Shown: piece by piece, positions 56,955 through 64,000 of the stretch
How the letters are laid out: every line of letters starts with the position of its first letter
How positions within the stretch are numbered: position 1 is the stretch's first letter
DNA from: Eledone cirrhosa
Taxonomy: Eukaryota
Direction: 5' to 3'
Length of the DNA: 64,000 nt
Assembly: GCA_964016885.1 (NCBI GenBank)
Contig: OZ024743.1
Coordinates: 122,140,001 to 122,204,000, forward strand
Translations under genes and position numbers: made by a program
The notes under the pieces: generated by a model
What the model saw: the letters and a program-made list of their open reading frames with translations, nothing else
Database searches by the model: none
What the model was told of the DNA's origin: nothing

Positions 56955-57712
56955 TTAATAATTGTTTCTACTTTTGGCACAAGGCCAGCAATTATTCCAG
57001 TGCATTACTGCTGCTTTATTTTATCGACCCCGTAAGGATGAAAAACAAAGTTAACCTCTCGGCAGAATTTCAACTCAGACCATAAATAATAATAATAATG
57101 AAATTATTGTGTAAAGTGCTCAGGTGCACTACAACTCGTCAAAGGTGCATGCATAGTACATAGAATAATAAATAATAATAATAAAGGGCCGTAACTGCCT
57201 CAAAGCATGGCATACAACCCTCTACCGATACTGCAACTCTACCACACTTGGTAATTGCTGGCCTTGTGCCAAAAGTAGAAACAATTATGATATTATTACA
57301 ACAGGCGATGGATTGGTAGTATCAGTAGAGGGTCGGACGCCATGCTTTGACGCATAGAGTTACATCCCTTGCCATTCTCAGTTCAAATTCCGTCGAGGTT
57401 AACTTTGCCTTTCATCCTTACTGGGTCGATAAAATAAAGTACCAGTAATACACTGGGATAATTGCTGGCCTTGTGCCAAAAGTAGAAACAATTATATTAT
57501 TATTATTATTCACAGGACGGTGATTGGCAGTATCGGTAGAGAGTCGGACGCCATGCTTTCCAGCATAGTTACGTCCCTTTACGATCTGAGTTCAAATCCC
57601 GCCGAGGTTAACTTTGCCTTTCATCCTTACGGGGTCGATAAAATAAAGTACCAGTAATGCACTGAGTAATTGCTGGCCTTGTGCCTAAAGTAGAAACAAT
57701 TATTATTATTAT
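56955..57712. mobile_element. Cluster of SINE family 2 copies (one -, then +,+ tandem) with a nested CR1 tail
   Basis: Minus copy 56957-57240 is split by the CR1 tail at 57085-57183; plus copies at 57304-57510 and 57515-57712. Confidence 0.85.
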
Positions 57713-57764
57713 TCACTCCCGAATACATTTAGGTATCCACCACGTTAAGAGCAAAAACAAATTT

Positions 57765-57812
<48 letters not shown>

Positions 57813-58661
57813 TACATCCGTACATGTGTGTGTGCATGTATGTGTGGGTGTGTATATGTGTGCATATATATACATGCGCATGTGTGCCTCCCTGTGTGCA
57901 TGTATGCGTATATTTGTGTGACTATTTCTGTGTGTGAACGTAAGCACACAAGCTACTCTGTATGTATCTGTCAATATCTGTGTGTGTGTGTGTGTGTGTG
58001 GGTGGGAGTGTGAGCTGACAAACAGCAGTAATTTTGCCGACGAGACAGTGGGTGAGTGACAGCTCACGCCCTGACAGTCAGCGCGCTGCTACAAGTGGTC
58101 AGAATAATGATGACGTCACTAACCAGTGACCAACCCAAGGGCGCACAAAGCGGATGAAGGTGGACGATATAGGCTTGTGGGGCCAGAAAACCCCAGAAAG
58201 AGAATATGATCCGAAATCAATAGATGTGTCCGATTAACCTGCGAGTGTAGAGTCAGGTAGATCCACTCACGGATCACACCGTGAGCTGTTTGCTGGGGAA
58301 ACAATTGTAACACACAATAAATTGAGTTCCGATGCATCATTGATTTTTCGTTTTCCATTCTATATATGTATGTATATATATATATATATATATGTATTTT
58401 AAAATCAGATGCAGGAGTTTTCAGACCACTTGTTTGATATTCTGTGCAACCACTGCCAACTTCACAGTCGTAAATGTTTAGATTTTAGTGGATAAATCTA
58501 TTGTCTTTTCTAGATTCACTCACATTTCAAACCTGGTGACAAGATATCCATTTCTTCACAACTTGATATATTTATTTACTACTTACTTAGATAGAAATGC
58601 TGAAATGGTTATGATTAAGAAAATGATTAAAACCTTTTTTTATCAACACATCTGTACTTAC

Positions 58662-58796
58662 TTTACTGTTTTGAATAAATTTATATTCAAACTCATCCCT
58701 GTAACCAGCGCATTGAAATCTGAAGGCTTCTTCAACAGAATCTGTCCATTTTTGTGCCCTTGTTATTGATTTCGGTTTTGGTTCTCTCTTTTCCAT
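58662..58796 (-). CDS. MEIG1: Meiosis expressed gene 1 protein, first coding exon
   Basis: MEKREPKPKSITRAQKWTDSVEEAFRFQCAGYRDEFEYKFIQNSK (KPKS..A.KW...RFQ.AGYRDE.EY); GTAAGT donor, phase 0. A CAG acceptor 3 nt before the ATG implies an upstream non-coding exon. Total 87 aa. Confidence 0.95.
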
Positions 58797-59025
58797 TATC
58801 TGATAAATTTATAGAATATTATAAATTAAATTTGAAAATAGATACTGATAAAATAAATATATTTGATATCAGTCATACTAGTAAACACAGAACAATAATT
58901 AGAACAATGCTAATGACAACAACAAATCTTCATTTAAAGATATCTCAGAAAGAATATAATCTTTCATTTAATATTATAAAAAGTATTGTCTGTGTGAAAT
59001 AATAATGAAAATTACTGTGTACTGT

Positions 59026-62000
59026 ATGCCATTTCCACTGCTGCTGCTGCTACTACCTGCCTAACTAACTCTCTCCTCGCATCCCAACACACCCTGCCAT
59101 TACCCCACCACCACTGTCCTTCTAGCCCTCAATTCTCCCACCGTTAGGGATGGATGAGCTGGGAATACACGAGCAACTCTGAATCAATAGATGAAATATG
59201 AATCTGCGAGCTACCAAGCACCCACGTGAAGCGCCAACCCAGAGACCCTCCCCTACGAGTGTCGACAAATGCCCAAAACTCCGAGTTGGTACCATCAATG
59301 TAGGCTCAATGAAAGGAAGAGCAGGAGAAATCGTAGAAATGCTAGAGCGAAAGGAAGTTGATGTATGCTGTGTGCAAGAGACTAGATGGAGAGGAGGGTC
59401 TGCTAGAGTCCTTGTAGGAAAAAGCCAGTGCTACAAATTTTTCTGGGTGGGAAATGACGATGGGATGGGTGGTGTAGGTATACTATTAGCTGACAAGTGG
59501 GTAGATAAAGTAATCTCAGTGTACAGGGTAAATGCAAGAATCATTAAACTCAGACTAGTCCTGAATAAGACAATTACCACAATAATATCAGCTTACGCAC
59601 CCCAATCAGGGCTGCCAGACGAACTTAAGGATAGGTTTTACGAGTCCCTAATACACACTACTGCTCTAACAGACGACAAGGACTTCCTAATCATTGCAGG
59701 AGATTTTAACGGACACGTAGGTAAACACTGCGACGGCTTCAATAGAGTACATGGAGGCCATGGAGTTGGCACAAGGAATGAGGAAGGATTCAGACTTCTA
59801 GAATTCTGCGACGCCAATGACATGTCGATATGTAACACAAACTTTAAAAAACCCGACAACCACCTGATCACCTATAGATCAGGGGAGCACTCTAGTCAGT
59901 TAGATTTTATCCTCATCAGAGGACGTGACAGATGGACGGTCGTAAACACAAAAGCCTTCCCTAGTGAGGAATGTACATCCCAACATAGCTTAGTTGTCAG
60001 CGACCTCACGGTCAGAACTAGACGAGCCCTGAAACAGAGGCCAACCTGGAGAAGAAAGATCTGGAAGCTGAAAGTCCCCTCAACCAGTAACAGATTTAAA
60101 GATATTTTACTCAACGCCTACGACAGTAAAGAAGAACAGATAGAGACATTTAACGTAGAAGAGAACTGGGAGTTCCTAAAAAATAACTTACTAGAGGCGA
60201 CGGATGAGGTTTGTGGCTGGAGTAAGACCTCAAGCAGGAGGAGAGTGACTTGGTGGTGGAACAATAAGGTAGATGAAGCAGTCAAGGCCAAGAGACAGGC
60301 ATGGAAAGAATGGAAGAACGGGGGGAGCAGGGTACATTACATAGAGACCAAGAGGGAAGCTAGGCGACAAGTATACTTAGCTAGGAGGGAAGCAGAGGAT
60401 AGAAAATTCAAGCATGTTTTACAACGTGAGGACCAGAAACAGGAGGTATTCAAGATTGCGAGGCAGTGTGTCAGAGATAGTTGTGATGTCATTGGAGAGA
60501 AGTGTATCCGGAATGATAAAGGTGAGCTTGCCCTCACAAGTGCTGAGAAGAAAGATGCATGGAAGAGTCATTATGATAGATTACTAAATGAGGAGAATGC
60601 ATGGGAAGAAGAGACCCTACCCCACGTAGACCCTATAGAGGGACCAGCAGTACAAGTCAGCGGCAGCGTAGTAAGTAAGGCAATCAGAGATATGAAGATA
60701 GGGAAGGCAACCGGTCCATCGGGTATAGCTGCCGAGATGCTGAAGGCATCTGGGTCTGTAGGTCACACTATAACCACACGTATCGTTAACCAGGTAATAC
60801 TAGAGGGGGCCATACCAAAAGATTGGTGCAGTAGCATCATTGTCAACTGCTACAAAGGTAAAGGCGATGCACTAGATAGAGGAAACTATAGAGGTATAAA
60901 GTTGATGGACCAGGTCATGAAAGTAACAGAAAGAGTTATAGCACAGCTGATTAGGGACCGGGTGAATATAGACGAGATGCAATTTGGGTTTGTTCCAGGG
61001 AAAGGCACCACTGATGCGCTCTTCCTTGTGAGGCAATTACAGGAAAAGTACCTAGCTAAAAGTAAGCCACTCTACTTGGCATTTGTCGACCTTGAGAAAG
61101 CCTTTGACAGAGTTCCACGTGCAGTAATCTGGTGGGCTCTTAGAAAACTAGGAGTAGATGAATGGCTTGTGAAAGCGGTACAAGCCATGTATAGGGGAGC
61201 AGTCAGCAAAGTTAGGATTGGCAATGAGTATAGCGAGGAATTTAGCGTACAGGTTGGGGTCCACCAGGGCTCTGTTCTTAGCCCTCTCCTGTTCATCATA
61301 GTCCTGCAGGCAATAACGGAGGAGTTTAAGACCGGATGCCCATGGGAACTCCTGTATGCTGATGACCTCGCACTCATAGCTGAATCTATGGTAGAACTAG
61401 AGAATAAATTCCAAACCTGGAAGCAGGGACTAGAGAGAAAGGGCCTCAAAGTCAACATGACAAAGACTAAGGTCCTTATAAGTAGACGAGAAAACAGAAC
61501 CCAGATCCCCTCAGGGAAATGGCCTTGCTCAGTATGTAGGAAAGGTGTAGGTAGGAACTCCATTCTTTGCCCCAAATGCAAACAATGGGTACACAAGAGA
61601 TGTAGCGGGATCTCAGGAAGCTTAATTAAGAATGTAGGATTCACATGCAGCAGCTGTGCTGAAACAGCAAGCAAACAGCCACAGGAAACAAGTACCACCA
61701 ATCTCTGGGAGGGCCCTGTAGAAACAGTAGACAGCTTCTGCTACCTAGGTGACCGAATTAGCAACGGAGGTGGGTGCTCAGAAAGTACAATAACTAGGGT
61801 AAGAACGGGATGGAAGAAGTTTAGGGAACTACTACCACTGCTAGCTGCAAAAGGCTTCTCCCTCAGAATGAAAGGCAGACTGTATGATGCGTGTATCCGA
61901 ACAGCGATGTTGCATGGTAGTGAGACCTGGGCGCTGAAGGTGGAAGACTTACGTAGATTAGAGAGAAACGAAGCCTGCATGCTCCGATGGATGTGTAACA

Positions 62001-62625
62001 GTAATATACGTGAACGACAAAGCATAAATGAATTGAGAGAGAGACTGAGCATAAGAGGAATCAAATGCTGCGTGCAGGAGAGGCGGTTACGCTGGTATGG
62101 ACATGTGATGCGTATGAAGGATGACAGCTGCATAAAAAGGTGCAGAGCACTAGAAGTTGATGGAAACCGCGGAGTGGGGAGACCCAAGATGACTTGGGAT
62201 GAGGTGATAAAAGCCGACCTTACCCAACTACACCTCTCAAAGTCAATGACACACGACCGTGACTTCTGGCGTCACGCAGTAATACAGGGTACCCGACCTC
62301 CCATGGGTACATGCTGAAGCATATAAACAATATGCCCCCCCCCCCCCACCGCAAGGTGGTCGTGGAGGTGCCACGGCAAAAAAGCACCCAGCCCACACTG
62401 TAAAGTGGACGTGTAGGCGCCACGAAAAAGCACCCAGCACTCACTGTAAATGAGGTTGGTGTTAGGAAGGGCATCCAGCTGTAGAAATCAAGCCAGATCA
62501 GTTCCTGTATGAGCAAGGCATGGTCAGCCGACCAGACACTGCCCACAACAGGACAACCCGTCTAACCCATGCTAGCGTGGAAGAACGGACGTAAAACGGT
62601 GATGATGATGATGATGATGATGATG
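59026..62625 (+). mobile_element. RTE LINE (family B) + SINE-like 3' segment, flanked by ACTGT TSD
   Basis: ACTGT at 59021-59025 and 62626-62630; removing the insert restores a CR1 tail colinear with 51835 and 57095; (GAT)n tail. Confidence 0.85.
59198..62317 (+). CDS. Intact RTE-clade LINE protein: APE endonuclease, reverse transcriptase, C4HC3 finger, C-terminal domain (1039 aa)
   Basis: GTINVGS, CVQETRW, AYAP, GDFNGH, LDFIL; FVDLEKAFD, GVHQGSVLSP, LLYADD; RRLRWYGHVMRM, GRPKMTW; no stops. Confidence 0.96.
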   Translation: MNLRATKHPREAPTQRPSPTSVDKCPKLRVGTINVGSMKGRAGEIVEMLERKEVDVCCVQETRWRGGSARVLVGKSQCYKFFWVGNDDGMGGVGILLADKWVDKVISVYRVNARIIKLRLVLNKTITTIISAYAPQSGLPDELKDRFYESLIHTTALTDDKDFLIIAGDFNGHVGKHCDGFNRVHGGHGVGTRNEEGFRLLEFCDANDMSICNTNFKKPDNHLITYRSGEHSSQLDFILIRGRDRWTVVNTKAFPSEECTSQHSLVVSDLTVRTRRALKQRPTWRRKIWKLKVPSTSNRFKDILLNAYDSKEEQIETFNVEENWEFLKNNLLEATDEVCGWSKTSSRRRVTWWWNNKVDEAVKAKRQAWKEWKNGGSRVHYIETKREARRQVYLARREAEDRKFKHVLQREDQKQEVFKIARQCVRDSCDVIGEKCIRNDKGELALTSAEKKDAWKSHYDRLLNEENAWEEETLPHVDPIEGPAVQVSGSVVSKAIRDMKIGKATGPSGIAAEMLKASGSVGHTITTRIVNQVILEGAIPKDWCSSIIVNCYKGKGDALDRGNYRGIKLMDQVMKVTERVIAQLIRDRVNIDEMQFGFVPGKGTTDALFLVRQLQEKYLAKSKPLYLAFVDLEKAFDRVPRAVIWWALRKLGVDEWLVKAVQAMYRGAVSKVRIGNEYSEEFSVQVGVHQGSVLSPLLFIIVLQAITEEFKTGCPWELLYADDLALIAESMVELENKFQTWKQGLERKGLKVNMTKTKVLISRRENRTQIPSGKWPCSVCRKGVGRNSILCPKCKQWVHKRCSGISGSLIKNVGFTCSSCAETASKQPQETSTTNLWEGPVETVDSFCYLGDRISNGGGCSESTITRVRTGWKKFRELLPLLAAKGFSLRMKGRLYDACIRTAMLHGSETWALKVEDLRRLERNEACMLRWMCNSNIRERQSINELRERLSIRGIKCCVQERRLRWYGHVMRMKDDSCIKRCRALEVDGNRGVGRPKMTWDEVIKADLTQLHLSKSMTHDRDFWRHAVIQGTRPPMGTC

Positions 62626-63494
62626 ACTGTGTTCAGGTGCACTAAAATGCTGACACAAATATGAATGCTGAGCGTCTAATTCAAATTACAGAAGATATCA
62701 ATATATAAATGAAGCATATGGATCAAAAGAGTAGGAGATTGATCAAGTGGGAGTGATAGAAAATGAGAGAAAAAGAAAGACAACGAAGGAAAAAGAGGAG
62801 AAGCAGGAGAGTGGAAATAGGATGTTGTAATAGTATAAAACAGAGAGTGTCAATCAAGTAATTTAAAATAACACTGAAAATAAAAAGAAATGACAATGAT
62901 GGAGTGGACATTGTAATTGTTAGATGTCTTTTGCAATGGCATTATTGATGCCTTTCATCTTTCCGACCGATAAAATAATTAACAGTGAAATCCTGTTCCG
63001 ATCGATATAATCAACAGTTCCCTCCTACTGATATTTCTGGCCTTATGCCTATGTAAAAAGTATACAATCACAATTTTAAGTTAAAGAGAAGCAAAGCATG
63101 CATGCTGACGGTAAGCAGAAACTGAAAGAATAAGATATCAAGTGGGAGACATAAAAAGTAAGAGAGAAAGGTAAGACAAAAGATGTAAGATACAGGAACA
63201 GGTAGGAGAGTGGAAATAAAATACAGTAGCAATATGAGAGAGGAGGGGGAGGAAGGGAGAAAGAGTGTGAATAAGAGGTGGTGTAGTAAAATATATATTC
63301 AGTCTCCAGTAGTAGCAGTCTGATGACCCTGAGAGAAGCAGGTGAAACTCCAGAATAACAAGACTCAGTATTTAGCCTTTATGTAGACAATTATAATAGA
63401 CACAGAAACATGTTAAAGCAAATAAATTCCTAATTTCCTTCATGATGACGTTTTATTTTTCTTGGTGCAATACTTGCTTATATATATATATATT

Positions 63495-63778
63495 AAATAT
63501 TAATAAAATAGATGTTCTTGTGATCAATTAAATTTTATTATACATATTTCAGAGGTCATGTATCATTTTATTTTATCTGATGAGGACGTACTATTGAACT
63601 TGATTCAAGTACCTCTGAAATATGTATAATAAAATTTAATTGATCACAAGAACACCTATTTTATTAATATTTGAATTTAATATTAATAACTCTGGAAAAT
63701 ATCTTTCTGTAGAGTGATTTCAATCTACTGTAAAACTCATTCTTTGATGTACTCATTGGATGTTGTTTAACTCTTAAA

Positions 63779-63787
<9 letters not shown>
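63495..63787 (+). mobile_element. Fold-back mini-element with hammerhead, between (TA)n tracts
   Basis: 62-bp inverted arms 63495-63556 / 63611-63672 (1 mismatch) plus a unique 3' tail. Confidence 0.75.
63570..63635 (+). ncRNA. Type I hammerhead ribozyme with extended stem II
   Basis: ATTTTAT-CTGATGA-GGAcGTACT..TGAA(CTTGA)TTCA.AGTACcTCT-GAAA-TATGTA-TA-ATAAAAT: 7-bp stem I, intact core, quasi-palindromic stem III. Confidence 0.75.
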
Positions 63788-63809
<22 letters not shown>

Positions 63810-64000
63810 TATACAACACCACCTGCCTCTTTGAGGTCAAATACCAACCCTACTAGTATCTACAAACTGACCAATGAGAATTAAGACTATTCTTGCTGAC
63901 AACATTAAATTATTCCTAACAAGCTCATATGTCTCAAGGCTCTGATACCATCAACACTATAAACACATAGCTGGCATATCTAAGAAATGACTAACTGCCT

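Noticed and set aside
59075-59160. HDV-like ribozyme in the RTE 5' UTR (TCCTCGC)
   Set aside because: Could not build the P1/P3 pairing around the motif.
59638-62187. Minus-strand ORFs overlapping the LINE
   Set aside because: Antisense shadows of the RTE ORF with no recognisable motifs.

Overview
AT-rich, intron-containing animal DNA; the repeat landscape suggests an octopus or other coleoid cephalopod (inference). Two host genes were rebuilt by hand from splice sites: PPP4R2 (+, 7 coding exons, 20585-45801, 610 aa) and MEIG1 (-, 2 coding exons, 58796-53757, 87 aa). Most of the rest is mobile DNA: multi-kb (TA)n/TACA arrays, a Penelope-like retroelement (PLE; RT + GIY-YIG) in a 1.1-kb inverted arrangement, an intact single-ORF RTE LINE with a PHD-type finger, decayed RTE/CR1/CRE/mariner pieces, a hAT(Buster) > piggyBac > minisatellite nest, piggyBac MITEs and two tRNA-derived SINE families. 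The most notable signal is a recurring set of microsatellite-inserted fold-back elements, most carrying minimal type I hammerhead ribozymes (2939/5403, 9821, 63570, degenerate at 56827; ribozyme-less at 50222). Also notable are two CTAG-bounded ~38-bp palindromes resembling doubled Helitron 3' ends, a TSD-flanked LINE-SINE chimera and a possible twin-priming inversion of an RTE. The long YI-repeat ORFs are microsatellite artefacts. All calls were made by eye, with no database searches.
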